A DNA stretch of 64,000 nt from Antedon mediterranea (taxonomy: Eukaryota; Animalia; Echinodermata). The stretch lies in NCBI RefSeq assembly GCF_964355755.1, contig NC_092672.1:23139237-23203236 (forward strand). The letters run 5' to 3'. A model generated the notes under the pieces. The model was not told where the DNA came from. It saw nothing but the letters and a program-made list of their open reading frames with translations, and did not search any database. Every line of letters begins with the position of its first letter. Within the stretch, counting starts at the first letter, position 1. Positions 13,655 through 26,028 of the stretch are shown here, piece by piece. A program made the translations under genes and the position numbers.

Positions 13655-14135
13655 AATGTATAATATATACACATTGGTGATACTACAAATAAAAATTCAA
13701 AATTTATTTGGCTATGCAACCATTAAGCCTACTTCTTGGTCTTACATTTTCAATGAGGTGATTGAAATCACCGACATGATTTTTCTTTTTAAATGCCTAA
13801 ATTCAAAGGTTGATTGTAAATTTGTCTCTCAATTTCATTTTCGTGTCCCTGTGCGTAAACTTTGTATTAATAATCTTTTAAAAGTGCAGTTTTCTCGTTT
13901 TAATGTAAAAACGGTATTTTTTGTCGGGTTGCTCATTCATATAATAGTTTAGTTCAAATGTTTCCATACATCAATATTTTTAGTTGTAATACTTCTGCTT
14001 TTAATGTCATTTTTAATAATATATAAATCTGTTTGTTCCTTGTTCTTTTTTATGTAAATCAAATGTATATTTTATGGCGATCCTGTGTTGGTGTTTTTTC
14101 TTTACACTGTTGGATTTTGAATAAATAAATAAATA
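13655..14135 (+). mobile_element. 3' fragment of a CR1-group LINE
   Basis: DMIFLFKCLNSKVDCKFVSQFHFRVPVRKL resembles a CR1 ORF2 C-terminus; ends tacactgttgg...aataaataaataaa; related to 26870-27395. Confidence 0.55.
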
Positions 14136-14249
14136 TTAAAATTGGAAAATTACTGTAAATGTTCAAAATATTGCTTATCATTGTATTCCTTTCATCCCAT
14201 ACAACACCTTGGTTTCCTAATCTAATTGTCTATTTCTTACTTTGTATAG

Positions 14250-14306
14250 CAAAGCAAATTCCTTCAAATGCTTTAGGAGAAATGGTTGACAAAAGGTTAA
14301 AAGAAG
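14250..14306 (+). CDS. ROCO gene exon (Roc insert)
   Basis: 57 nt, phase 1-1: AKQIPSNALGEMVDKRLKE; gtatag| and |gtaggc. Confidence 0.75.
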
Positions 14307-14427
14307 GTAGGCACAGACTAATAAAGCTTTAATATTATCTATATCTGCATATCATCTCTTATAGATTCAAAACTGTAGGTCGTTGTTGAACTATTATACT
14401 GATGTTTTTTTCTTACATTTTTCGTAG

Positions 14428-14462
14428 AAGGTAATGTCTGGGCTATAGTTAAGAATGCTATG
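14428..14462 (+). CDS. ROCO gene: 5' part of the Roc G3 exon, interrupted by a transposon
   Basis: cgtag|aa ggt aat gtc tgg... = EGNVWAIVKNAM; the final ATG is the left target-site duplication. Confidence 0.8.
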
Positions 14463-15134
14463 TAGACTAGGCTATGAATGAGGTAGGTGCCACCCGGAGA
14501 GGTAGAAATTCTCATATGACTTTTCTAGACCAGTTTTTTCTGGGGAATCCAAATATATTGGGTAAACGGGCTGTAACCTGAGAACTTTCGCGTGAGGGCG
14601 CTTTTTTCAAAATGGCTGCCAGTTACAGTAGACTATGATATCTTGGCAACCACTGGTCATAGAGAGTTGATTTTGGTGTCAAGTTGTTCGGAATGTACAT
14701 GTTCCTATTTGATGTAATAGAACATTTTGTCAGAAAATGGCCGGAAATACCTCTATTGACCTTTGACCCAATATCTAACAGATATCATATCTTCGTAACT
14801 ACTCGACACAGAAAGTTGTAATTGGTGTCAAACTTTCCAGAATATAGATGTTTATATTCAAACTAATAGAACATTATCTGTAAAAATGACCGGAAATAAC
14901 GTTACTGACCTTTGACCCAAAATGCAAGACATTTCTCCCATCTGATCACGTTAATCTTGTCAATTAATTCATTTTGTGCCAATTGGAGGTTGACATTCTC
15001 ATATTATTTTCTGGACCAGTTTTTCATGTGCAATCCGAATATATGAGATAAATAAGCCATAACAAGGCCAAGAATTTAATTCTCTTTTACTACATACATG
15101 CTTCCCTTTAGTGTTTCAGACTGTATGTCGTGTA

Positions 15135-16590
15135 TTAATCTTCAAGATCGCTCACATCACTGCAATCTGAAAAGTCTTCATATTCATTATGTGTAAACAG
15201 TTCCTGGACATCAGTGGGAATCACTGTCTCAATCCATTTAGGCTCCATTTGTTCGTTCCATCCATTGTGTGTACTGTTGTTGACAAAATCATTGACGTCT
15301 GCTGATTGCCATTCTTTAGTAATGAAGTTTGCTCTAAGTATATGAAACTCAAGGGTCTGCTGACATAGTGGCAGTAATGATATATCTGTAATCTTGTTGT
15401 GTCTGGAAAACTTTCTGTTGAAGGTATCATATCTTGCTTGATTTACACTTTTCCCCTTCACTCCATACAATAGTGAAACATACTCTTCAAATTCCTCATA
15501 CAACTCTTTTGATGGAACATCTGACACTCCAAGGTTGCAGAATGCGTCAACAAATTTTGCTTTTGATTCCAGAAGCTTCCAGCAGGTACGTTTTCCTTTC
15601 CGAATGAAAGCGGAGTTATAATCGTTACCTGTGAAAGCATGGAATCCAATAAGGGATGATTTCTGCGCTTTTGTTAAATCAATGTCACTCAATTTCAGTA
15701 CCTTTCGGTATTTCCCAGTGTTTGTATCAATAATTACCCTCTGCCCATCATCTATGATGAGATAGTGCAATGACTGGAATATCAATGTCTCCAGAATGGG
15801 AACGAATTATTGCTACGCCTTGATTGTTATTTGTTAAAGCATGCTTTGCATGCAGGATGACTTTCGTGTAGGCTTCTTCTTCCGGCTACTATTAAGCTCC
15901 GGAACCAATACAACATCTCAGTTAGTAACGTAGATGCATTCTTTGTACGATGAAAAGTAGGTAACATCAATCCTCATATCTGTTAGAATGCTTTCTTTCT
16001 TTGACACTAGTACACAGCGAATAAGCTCAATCAATCTGGTCTTGTTCTCGCCGTTGGCAAGGAAATTGTTGAAATCACGGCCAACTTTGATATTGTTGAG
16101 CTTACAATTACTTTTGGTGCAATACCGCGTATGTTTCTCTCAACAGACTTAATGCTTTTTGGCAGGTATGCATCGGTAACAATATCAACACGCTTGTATC
16201 CTTTAGGGATGCTGTTGAAAACCTTTGCTACAAGATCCTCGTACGTATCAGGGTAAGATGTAAATGTTCTGATTAATGCCATCAAGTCAACAACATAGGC
16301 AATGACAGTAGCCTTTGCTGGCAGTGCCCGACCAGGATCTATAACATCTGTTGAACTTTCGATGAGAATTTCCATTAGGACACTTTTCTGAGTTGTTCGT
16401 CTTGTCCCATCTGCATTAGCAAGGCTTAGCGGGACAGGGGTAAGTGGATACTCAAAGGCTTTCTTAAAGTCAATTATTCTACCATGCTTTGTTGAGGTGG
16501 CAAGAAGCTTTCCTAAAACATCCCGATTAGCTTATATTACTTTTACTTTCCCATTTGCCTTGATTTCTAGTTTCTTCCCACTATTCGAAA
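15135..16590 (-). pseudogene. Frameshifted C-terminal part of an Academ transposase (XPG/PIN-like nuclease region), left arm
   Basis: ORFs 16031-16375 (YVVDLMALIR...VDIVTDAY...SIKSVERNIRG) and 15135-15785 (FHAFTGNDYNSAFIRKGK) parallel the C-terminus of the 1393-aa ORF. Confidence 0.85.
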
Positions 16591-16639
16591 ATAAAGTGAG
16601 ATGATGTTATGGATCCTGGTCGAGCACTGCGAGAATCAG

Positions 16640-17637
16640 ACGCGGTATTGCACCAAAAGTAATTGTAAGCTCAAAAATATCAAAGTTGCCCCGTGATTTC
16701 AACAATTTCCTTGCCAACGGCGAGAACAAGACCAGATTGATTGAGCTTATTCGCTGTGTACTAGTGTCAAAGAAAGAAAGCATTCTAACAGATATGAGGA
16801 GTGATGTTATTTACTTTTCATCGTACAAAGAATGCATCTACGTTACTAAACTGAGATGTTGTATTGGTTCCGGAGCTTAATAGTAGCCAAGAAGAAGCCG
16901 ACACGAAACCCATCCTGCATGTAAAGCATGCTTTAACAAATAACAATCAAGGCGTAGCAATAATTCGTTCCCATTCTGGAGACATTGGCATTCCAGTCAT
17001 TTCACTATCTCATTTCATAGATGATGGGCAGAGGGTAATTATTGATACAAACACTGGGAAATACCGAAATGTACTGAAATTGAGTGACATTGATTTAACA
17101 AAAGCGCAGAAATCATCCCTTATTGGATTCCATGCTTTCACAGGTAACGAGTATAACTCCGCTTTCGTTCGGAAAGGAAAACGTACCTGCTGGAAGCTTC
17201 TGGAATCAAAAGCAACATTTGTTGACACATTCTGCAACCTTGGAGTGTCAGATGTTCCATCAAAAGAGTTGTATGAGGAACTTGAAGAGTATGTTTCACC
17301 ATTGTATGGAGTGAAGGGGAAAAGTGTAAATCAAGCAAGATATGATATCTTCAACAGAAAGTTTTCCAGACACAACAAGATTACAGATATATCATTACTG
17401 CCACTATGTCAGCAGACCCTTGAGTTTAATATACTTAGAGCAAACTTCATTACTAAAGAATGGCAATCAGCAGACGTCAATGATTTTGTCAACAACAGTA
17501 CACACAATGGATGGAACGAACAAATGGAGCCTAAATGGATTGAGACAGTGATGCCCACTGATGTCCAGGAACTGTTTACACATAATGAATATGAAGACTT
17601 TTCAGATTGCAGTGATGTGAGCGATCTTGAAGATTAA
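16640..17637 (+). pseudogene. C-terminal part of an Academ transposase, right arm
   Basis: ORFs 16686-16880 and 16864-17637 (SQEEADTKPILH, SHSGDIGI, FHAFTGNEY); inverted near-identical copy of the left arm. Confidence 0.85.
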
Positions 17638-18311
17638 TACACGACATACAGACTGAAACACTAAAGGGAAGCATGTATGTAGTAAAAGAATTAAATTCTT
17701 GGCCTTGTTATGGCTTATTTATCTCATATATTCGGATTGCACATGAAAAACTGGTCCAGAAAATAATATGAGAATGTCAACCTCCAATTGGCACAAAATG
17801 AATTAATTGACAGGATTAACGTGATCAGATAGGAGAAATGTCTTGCATTTTGGGTCAAAGGTCAGTAACGTTATTTCCGGTCATTTTTACAGATAATGTT
17901 CTATTAGTTTGAATATAAACATCTATATTCTGGAGAGTTTGACACCAATTACAACTTTCTGTGTCAAGTAGTTACGGAGATATGATATCTGTTAGATATT
18001 GGGTCAAAGGTCAATAGAGGTATTTCCAGCCATTTTCTGACAAAATGTTCTATTACATCAAATAGGAACATGTACATTCCAAACAATTTGACACCAAAAT
18101 CAACTCTCTATGACCAGTGGTTGCCAAGATATCATAGTCTACTGTAACTGGCAGCCATTTTGAAAAAAAGCGCCCTCACGCAAAAGTTCTCAGGTTACAG
18201 CCCGTTTACCCAATATATTTGGATTCCCCAGAAAAAACTGGTCTAGAAAAGTTATATGAGAATTTCTACCTCTCCGGGTGGCACCTACCTCATTCATAGC
18301 CTAGTCTAATG

Positions 18312-18401
18312 TATAAGATGGGAATAGGAAAAGAAAATGTGAGTGACTTAACTAGTATATGGGACTACGCCGGTCAACTAGACTACTATATAACGCACAG
18401 G
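18312..18401 (+). CDS. ROCO gene: 3' part of the Roc G3 exon
   Basis: YKMGIGKENVSDLTSIWDYAGQLDYYITHR|gtatgt; WDxAGQxxYxxTH is the Roc G3 signature. Confidence 0.92.
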
Positions 18402-18719
18402 GTATGTTTTCATTATTTTATCAATACCACTTGTGTTGTTCTTTTTATTGGGTTCAGAAACAATAAATTGGAAGCTATAATACTAATAGAGCTTTATTTT
18501 TTATTACATTATGTGTTCTTGCTGTATCTGATTTGACCATTTTGCCAAAAACATTTTTAACAGGGTTATGTATCAATGTGCATCATTTTCAGACAAAAAA
18601 TAAACAAATAGAATGTTGAAATTTTAACTTTAAACTTTATCTCTATAAAATATTGTAATAATATTATATTATAACTAACCATGAAAACATACTGTTATCC
18701 TTGTTAAATTTCTTTCCAG

Positions 18720-18809
18720 TTTTTCCTGACAAATACAGTATCATACTGTGTTGCCTTCAATGTCATGGACAACTTGGATGAGCCAGCTAAACCACGGGAT
18801 TCAAAAATA
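18720..18809 (+). CDS. ROCO gene exon (Roc)
   Basis: FFLTNTVSYCVAFNVMDNLDEPAKPRDSKI; ttccag| and |gtaagt; 90 nt. Confidence 0.9.
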
Positions 18810-18921
18810 GTAAGTTGAACTTTAGTACTTTAGACAATCTTGTAGACTACAAATGCTATGATTTAATAATGTAATTTAATTTCAATATTAGTTTAAAAAT
18901 ATATTGTCATTGTCATTTTAG

Positions 18922-19110
18922 GGTCAGCTAGGAATGACTAATTTGGACATGAATTTGTTCTGGATAAGGTCCATTTATGAACACACTGTACAACATGGTT
19001 CAGGAAACACTATTTCAATTGATGGCAAGAACATAGGGTCACCTCCCATCTGTTTGGTTGCAACTCATGTGGACAAATTGTCAGGGACGGCATCAGAAAA
19101 AGAGGAGGAG
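18922..19110 (+). CDS. ROCO gene exon: Roc G4
   Basis: GQLGMTNLDMNLFWIRSIYEH...SPPICLVATHVDKL...; PIxLVxTHxD motif. Confidence 0.92.
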
Positions 19111-20097
19111 GTAAATAGTATATAAATATTAGATATTTATATCTTGTCTTTTTCTTAACTATGTCAACATAAGCGCTTCCAACAACTGAATGCAACTATA
19201 AACCTCAACTGACCGCAACTGACAGGTGCACAACAATGTAGACATAAGCTTTATAGTTACATGTATAGTTGCCCATGTTCTATTTTTACTGTAACTGAGT
19301 GAAACCGAAAAGTTTTAAATGTGTCACACGTGTGGTATGGGTAACGGCGACCAGTCGCGATTGGTTTGTATATACTGATTTGTATACAACTATTAATTGC
19401 ATTGTGCGTGTAGTAAGGTAAATTAATAGGCTCTTTAGAATTAATATTTTGCCTACAAAAAGGTTGACAGTATTTAACAACCCATCAGTACAATTAGAAC
19501 AAAAAAGCAGTTTGAGGTCTAATGTACATGTTTATACAATCAAATAATATAACATGAAAATGGAACATTTAAGCTACACATTACATGCATTACAAAAGAA
19601 TTCATTAAAGAAAGCACATTAAAGTAGAAACATTGTTTGAGATTTTGTCATTTTGAATTGCAGTATGAATCAAATAAAACAGCCTGTAACAGTTATGGAA
19701 GATTGTGTATATTAGGTTGTGACATATTGTATTGTAAACCACTGATCATGATGATCACTGAGATTTAACGCAGATTAATCTCGCTGATCATGTGAGTATT
19801 CTCAGTGGCTATATCATTGTCAACACTTGGCTTGAAAATATGCCTGGAGGTGCAAACAAAATCCTAGATGGTGACAAAAATCCAAAATGACTGCCCATTT
19901 GATCTAAATTGTATTTATAATGCTTATTAAATGTCCTTTTTAAACTTGTTTATTTTTTTTAAATTTACCACACACATTGAATACAAAGTAAAAATATTAA
20001 ATGAAATATACTATACAGTATATCAGCGTGATCAGTAATTATTGTGATGTCGAGTTATCAGCGATAGTAGCAATATGAATGTGTTTATTAATTGAAG

Positions 20098-20340
20098 GTT
20101 ATGAAGATGTACAAGAAAATGTTTGATAAAATGGAAGGAATGCCATATGCTCACCATGTAGATCGTGAAATGTACATGGTTGATAACACCATGAAATCAC
20201 CTGAAGGTATTACAAAACTTAAGCGAAACGTTGGTGGATACATGAAGGAAATGGTGAGAGAAGTTCCAGTAAAGTGGGTTAATTTACAGGAAAGTTTGCA
20301 AAGAATTGGTGAAACAAAATTGTGTATTACGTTTGAGGAG
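20098..20340 (+). CDS. ROCO gene exon: Roc G5 and start of COR
   Basis: VMKMYKKMF...MYMVDNT...ITKLKR...EVPVKWVNLQESL...ITFEE. Confidence 0.9.
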
Positions 20341-20531
20341 GTAAAGATTTGATTGTGGATTCCAATGTAATTATATAATATGATTATTTATTGCTACGTT
20401 GTTTTTATTCCTACAGACACTAGTAATATCTATAGTCCTGGCCTATCTTTGAATTTTCCATTAGATTTTCACCAGGCTCTACAAGTAATGTACTAAGTTA
20501 AGTTATTTATTTAAATTAAATTCTGTATTAG

Positions 20532-20726
20532 GTTTCCAGGATTGGCACTGAATGTGAAATATCCAAAGAGGGGCTCGCCACTGCCATAGAGTATATGAAT
20601 GACATTGGGATCATTTTACATTCGAGTACTAACAAAAAACTGAAGAACACTGTGATAACAGATCTTAAAATGATGATTCAAATGGTGACAAAAGTGATCA
20701 CAGTAGTTAAACCGTCTATTAAAGTG
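20532..20726 (+). CDS. ROCO gene exon: COR-A
   Basis: VSRIGTECEISKEGLATAIEYMNDIGIILHSSTNKKLKNTVITDLKMMIQMVTKVI; COR-like LxYLxDxGxIL pattern. Confidence 0.88.
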
Positions 20727-20892
20727 GTAGGTAGATAATGTATTTTATTATGATATTAGATTGTCATCATGTGGATGTATAGGTGATGTTAATAATCTGT
20801 TCTTAGTAACTTGATGTGAAACAGTATAATTGTATTGATCATGTGACTGTACAGTGTAAAGTAAGAATAAACTGGTTTTTTTTTAAATATAG

Positions 20893-21054
20893 AAGCAAAT
20901 GAGGGTGCTGTGGAAAAGGCTTGATGAGGAAGGAATGCTGGAGGAAAGACTGCTACGCTATTTATGGGAACAGGAATTAGAGGAAGATCCACATCGCTTT
21001 GAAGTCTTTACTGAAGTGATGAAGACATTTGGTTTACTCTTTGAGAAATTGAAG
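20893..21054 (+). CDS. ROCO gene exon: COR
   Basis: KQMRVLWKRLDEEGMLEERLLRYLWEQ...FTEVMKTFGLLFEKLK; canonical sites, phase 0-0. Confidence 0.88.
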
Positions 21055-21264
21055 GTAAGTTAATTCAATTCAATTCAATTTCTTTATTGCTGCTAACGCC
21101 ATCAAGGGCTAATATCCGCTTAAACCTACTACATCATACAAACAAATACATATTTACATTTAAAATTGTTTTAACCATCTTATTTTAGATTGGCTGTCAC
21201 TTAAATTAGCTTAAATGTTATACTTGTAATATTTTAATTTACAACTCTTTGCTTACATCTGCAG

Positions 21265-21552
21265 GTAACCGAAGGTGATCGGGTATTCCTGGTTCCATCT
21301 CGAATGAAAACCGAGGAAGAGAGTCTTGAAGTTGAAACGGACAAAAAAAATATGGTTTCAATCTATCTTACACCTATAGACTTTCTTCCTAATGCTGTCT
21401 ACAATACATTGGTTGTTGCATTTCTGGACTTGATGGAGGAAAAAAATAAAGATGGCGACCAACTTGTGTCTCAAAACCGCAGTGAATTTGACTTTAAGGA
21501 TCATGGAGTCAATCTAGGCACAGTGAAAATTGAAAACAAGCATGCATTAAAG
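21265..21552 (+). CDS. ROCO gene exon: COR
   Basis: VTEGDRVFLVPSRMK...FLPNAVYNTLVVAFL...HALK; FLVPS and FLP..F..L COR-like motifs. Confidence 0.88.
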
Positions 21553-21768
21553 GTTTGGAAATTACTCATTTCAATTAAATATATTTAAAGACAAAATTGT
21601 AGATAGCAAACAATGTTTTAAATGATTTCAGTCAATCTTATTATTACACTATTGCATTTTCATTGTTATGAATACATTGAATGCTACCTATTATGATGAG
21701 TACAATGGTAATGTTTTGCATTTATTATTTAGCTCATTTTAAATTAACAAAGACAATTTCCTCATCAG

Positions 21769-21849
21769 CTTGAAATAACTCATCTGACTGAAGTTGATGG
21801 TAATGCTAGAGGCCAAATGAAAGAACCGCAGCCAAGTTTCTGCATAGAG
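21769..21849 (+). CDS. ROCO gene exon (COR-B region)
   Basis: LEITHLTEVDGNARGQMKEPQPSFCIE; catcag| and |gtaaag; 81 nt. Confidence 0.75.
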
Positions 21850-22357
21850 GTAAAGATTAGCATGATATGCCTATGTGTTATTAATAACATATTCAACACC
21901 AGCACTTGAATGTAATGATTGCCAATAAACAATGGAAATGATCATATAAACGTTTAAGTCGCCATGTACGAAACTCAAATTGCTGACTCTAATAAAAATT
22001 ACAAAAGACATATTTATAATATTTTAATCTACGATATGTATATAATGTCTTTTTTATTCACCCAAAAACTATGTAAATTCATGGCACGCTGGACCACCTA
22101 GTCGTAGGCGTAAGGTATCCCAGGAAAACTTGATGCCCCAAATTGGAATTTGGCAAACTGGCTAAATACTATATATAAACAGCTTGCACCTTCTATGTAA
22201 TCTTTGTTATCATGTAACACTCAGAGCCATTGAGTCACTCTGCATAATCTATTCTGCTCTGCTTAATTGCGTCAAGCACTTTTGCCTATATGGGTTGGTT
22301 CAAACTTTCAACCTATTATATTTAAAACTTATGTTCTACATTTTACTTGGTTTGTAG

Positions 22358-22568
22358 GTGTTAAGTTATCTAATGCATCAACTAGAAACTGTACTTGTCA
22401 CTAGAGAAGGAGTTGGCTACAATCTTTGTGTGTTGTGTACTGCTTGTAATCCAGCAGAGAAGCCTCATTTACATGATCTCAAAAAGTGCTTGAAACTAGA
22501 TACTAATAGTGTTAAATGTGGCAATGAACGCATGATGACCAATAATTTAAAGTGGCTATTTCTGGAAG
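22358..22568 (+). CDS. ROCO gene exon: end of COR with Cys/His cluster
   Basis: VLSYLMHQLE...CVLCTACNPAEKPHLHDLKKCL...VKCG...LKWLFLE; ttgtag| and g|gttagt. Confidence 0.85.
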
Positions 22569-22811
22569 GTTAGTTGAAATTTTTGATTATCATCACAATT
22601 TTCTTCAATTGCAGTATTTTTTATTTGATACCACATTTTAACAATACAATGTACAAAGATATATGTCCTTTAGTCCAGAGACATCTACGAAGGCCGTTTT
22701 AATTATAGATAGGTTTTATTGTTAAAGTAATACATGGTTAAATACTTTTTTTTACAATATAATGAAAATCAGTTGACTAATTGATTGACATTCTATGAAT
22801 TTCCCCTGCAG

Positions 22812-22841
22812 AATATGGGGAAACAATCTCATCAGTCGCAG
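22812..22841 (+). CDS. ROCO gene 30-nt microexon (linker)
   Basis: cctgcag|aa tat ggg gaa aca atc tca tca gtc gca g|gtttgt = EYGETISSVA; phase 1-1. Confidence 0.6.
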
Positions 22842-22907
22842 GTTTGTTGATGATAATACCAGATAATAAAAATGTTTTTTATGTATTTACTAGTCCTTGC
22901 TAATGGT

Positions 22908-23189
22908 AGAAAAATGATAACATGAAACTATCAGTATCCACATAAGATAAAAAAATGATAACATGAAACTATCAGTATCCACCTAAGATAAAAAAAAAAT
23001 GATAACATGAAACTATCAGTATCTACATAAGATAAAAAAAAATGATAACATGAAACTATCAGTATCCACATAAGATAAAAAAAATGATAACATGAAACTA
23101 TCAGTATCCACCTAAGATAAAAAAAATGATAACATGAAACTATCAGTATCCACATAAGATAAAAAAATGATAACATGAAACTATCAGTA
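22908..23189. repeat. Minisatellite, 41-43 bp x about 7
   Basis: Unit aaaaaatgataacatgaaactatcagtatccacataagat; the last unit resumes at 24639 after the Helitron. Confidence 0.95.
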
Positions 23190-24638
23190 TCTATATATAA
23201 ATTTACGTAAGGGCTAAATTCGGTAAATCTCGGTTTATTTCTAGAATTTCTACTCGATGGTATATAAAGTTGGTTCATACTTTCGGTACTGATTTTAACC
23301 ATCTGATGTAACCCTGTTTACTAATTAAATTGAGTTAGGTAATTAGTTATTGACGATTAAAACGAATTTAGGTTCAACGATTTGCCCCAAATAGGGGTGT
23401 TTTCCGATCGTGGTATACACTGTCTAATGGATGTCCATCTTGAAAAATACCCGCCACAAAAATACGAGGAGGCTTCGCATTTTCCTATCTCCTCCTACGA
23501 TAATTGTTTTTAATAGCTGAAAACCGGTTGAACAGCTAGAGTACAGCATCATAATGTTGAAGACAGGCCGATTTTCTTAAAAAAATACTATTTTGATAGA
23601 TTTAATATACGATTATACAAATGTATTGATTTGCGATGAATGGAACATTCCAATCTCTGTTTCACAAGTTTCTATTCCCTCAGGCGTCGTAAAGGCAAGT
23701 ACTGTATACTCATAACAGAAATTCGATCCATTTTTTTTTTAATCTGTGCTGCAGAGGTTGGATATAATTTTTTTTTAAACGGATAATGAGCTAGCGTTTT
23801 CACTTGCCGTATATTATGTACAAATCTTTATTATTGCAGTTAAACCACCCACATCATCACCTTTCCCTCACTGGCATGAGTAGCGTTGTAAAACCAGTAG
23901 AGAATAGGCCTACGGTACAATTACATCACATGCCCTAAACGCAGAACAACTTTGGTGGGTAGAGTAGGAACCAACTTAAGTATGAATTGGCTCTAAGAAA
24001 CAATTGAAAACCATTAGGCCTACTAATTAAGTTGAGTTAGATAATTTAATATTTATTGACGATTAAATCAAATTTATGATTTTCCCCGAATAGAGGTGGT
24101 TTTCACAAATTGTTTTACATTATATTATAAACATATACACGCCGTAGTGATGTATCGTTACATGTGCTGTACTATTTCAATCGACTAGGACGGTGATAGT
24201 TTCAACAAAGTATTACATCGCAATGTTTTACTGTGTTTAGTGGTATATTATTTGTAAAACATGAAAACAATTAATATTTCGTTACTAAATGGATAAAGAA
24301 TATATTTTAACATTGTTCCTCTTTGCACCCATCCTCTTCCCCATCCCTCAACCCTAATGTTACATACAAAACACAAATTAAGTTTGTTTAAATTTGACTT
24401 AAACAATTGGTCTTATTTTGTGACAAGTTTCTCTTTCGGAAGTAATAGGGTGCTAATTTTAGTTGAGTACATAAATCACAGTGTCTATTTATTCGTTCCT
24501 GTACACGACATGTATTATTGTCCTGCGGTACGTACATTTGAAATCGCCAGTTTTTTAACGCTGAAATTATTATGTATTCGAGAACCATCTGTGGGCACGA
24601 CCTAGATGGTACGCGAGCGAAGCGAGCGTACCATCTAG
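23190..24638 (+). mobile_element. Non-autonomous Helitron
   Basis: Starts TC after A and ends CTAG before T; 3' hairpin ctagatggtacgc-N11-gcgtaccatctag (24602-24638); no TSD; removing it restores the minisatellite unit tatcagta|tccacataagat. Confidence 0.88.
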
Positions 24639-25088
24639 TCCACATAAGATAAAGAAAATCATCAAGGAAAGAATATAATATTTTGTTGTTTTGTTATACA
24701 ATACATTTTCATTGTAGATTCTGTCAGATTTACAATTGTTAGGATGAGATATAAACGAGCATTATAAATAATGTATTTCTAAAAATCATCATGTCTCAAG
24801 TTCAGCAAATTCTAAATAGAATTTAAACAAAAATCATAAAAGATGTGGTGGCTAGGTTTTTTTTTAAACGATTATACTAGAAATGGAAATATTTGTTTTT
24901 AAACAAAACTGTGTGAGCTATTATTTTAGGCCTTAATTATTATGTTATCTGAGATTAACAAAAGCATATAAGTATTAACTAACACTAATACACAAGCTAA
25001 TTTTCCCACAAGCTGGCTTAAAAATCAAACTATTTAAAAAAAATTGATATGGTCTTCATTGCTAAGTAAATTTGGAAAAATGTTAGTA

Positions 25089-25910
25089 TCTATATATAAA
25101 TTTACGCAAGGGAAAAATTTGGTAAATCGCGCCTTACTTCTAGAATGTTTACTCGATGGTATATAAAGTTGGTTCGTACTTTCGGTACTGATTTTAACCA
25201 CCTGATTTAACCCTGTTTACTAATTTAAATTGAGTTAGATAATTAGTTACTGACAATTAAAACAAATTTAGGTTCAACGATTTGCCCCAAATAGGGAGTT
25301 TTCCAATCTGTCTAATGGAATTCCATCTTGAAAAATACCTGCACACAATAATATGAGGATGCTTGAAATTTACCTATCTCCTTCTATGATAATTGTTTTT
25401 AATAGGCTGAAAACCGATTGAACACTTCGAGTATAGCATCATAATGTTGAAGACAGGTCGATTTTCTTTAAAAAATACTATTTTATAGATTTAATACACG
25501 TTTATACAAATGTATTGATTTGCGATGAATGAAAGATTTCAATCTCTCAGTCTCCTAGTATAAGTATTTGGTTTAACACAAGTAGGTACATTTATGGGCC
25601 CTTCGAAGATAAACTTAAATCTTTAAATATAGTATTGCAATACGTACAATACTGTAAATACGTATTAACCATTTTTCGGTGCCATTTTTATCGCAAATTT
25701 CTTACAGCGAGTGTGGGTACTGTTAGATATATAAACACAAAATATACAAAACCTTTGTATTAATTAATTATTTATTATAATTATAAAAAATATAGTATAT
25801 ATATATAACGTAGTAATGATGTATCGTTACATGTACTTTACTATTTCAATCGACTATGACAGTGACAGTTTTAACAAAGTATTAAATCGCAAATGTTCTA
25901 CTCTAGAACT
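25089..25910 (+). mobile_element. Second, 3'-truncated copy of the same Helitron family
   Basis: a|tctatatataaatttacg start, colinear with 23190 onward; no terminal hairpin seen. Confidence 0.8.
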
Positions 25911-25983
25911 TTAAAATCTGTATTGAATGAATTGTAAGTGATACTGTTTTTGTTATTATGACTAATATGTTTATTTTGCATAG

Positions 25984-26028
25984 ATACAACAACTGCTACT
26001 CCTCTGTCTACAAGCTCATTAGAGACAG
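25984..26028 (+). CDS. ROCO gene 45-nt Ser/Thr-rich microexon (copy 1)
   Basis: ttgcatag|at aca aca act...gag aca g|gttagt = DTTTATPLSTSSLET; phase 1-1. Confidence 0.7.

Larger units (their letters stand above)
14463..18308. mobile_element. Academ-type DNA transposon derivative; fold-back of two inverted 3' halves
   Basis: Ends tagactaggctatgaatgag... and ...ctcattcatagcctagtcta; ATG duplicated at 14460-14462 and 18309-18311; arms about 14463-16130 and 16640-18308 are reverse complements; both arms carry XPG/PIN-like ORF remnants. Confidence 0.9.

Noticed and set aside
18290-18311. Splicing rescue of the Roc exon through AG sites in the right terminus of the transposon
   Set aside because: From the phase-1 upstream donors, acceptors at 18299 and 18304 both give an immediate stop (TAG, TAA).
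22931-23302. 123-aa ORF with repeated WILIVSCYHFFYL
   Set aside because: Translation of the minisatellite and Helitron start on the opposite strand.
24718-24770. Possible extra ROCO microexon after cattgtag
   Set aside because: No convincing GT donor before an in-frame stop.
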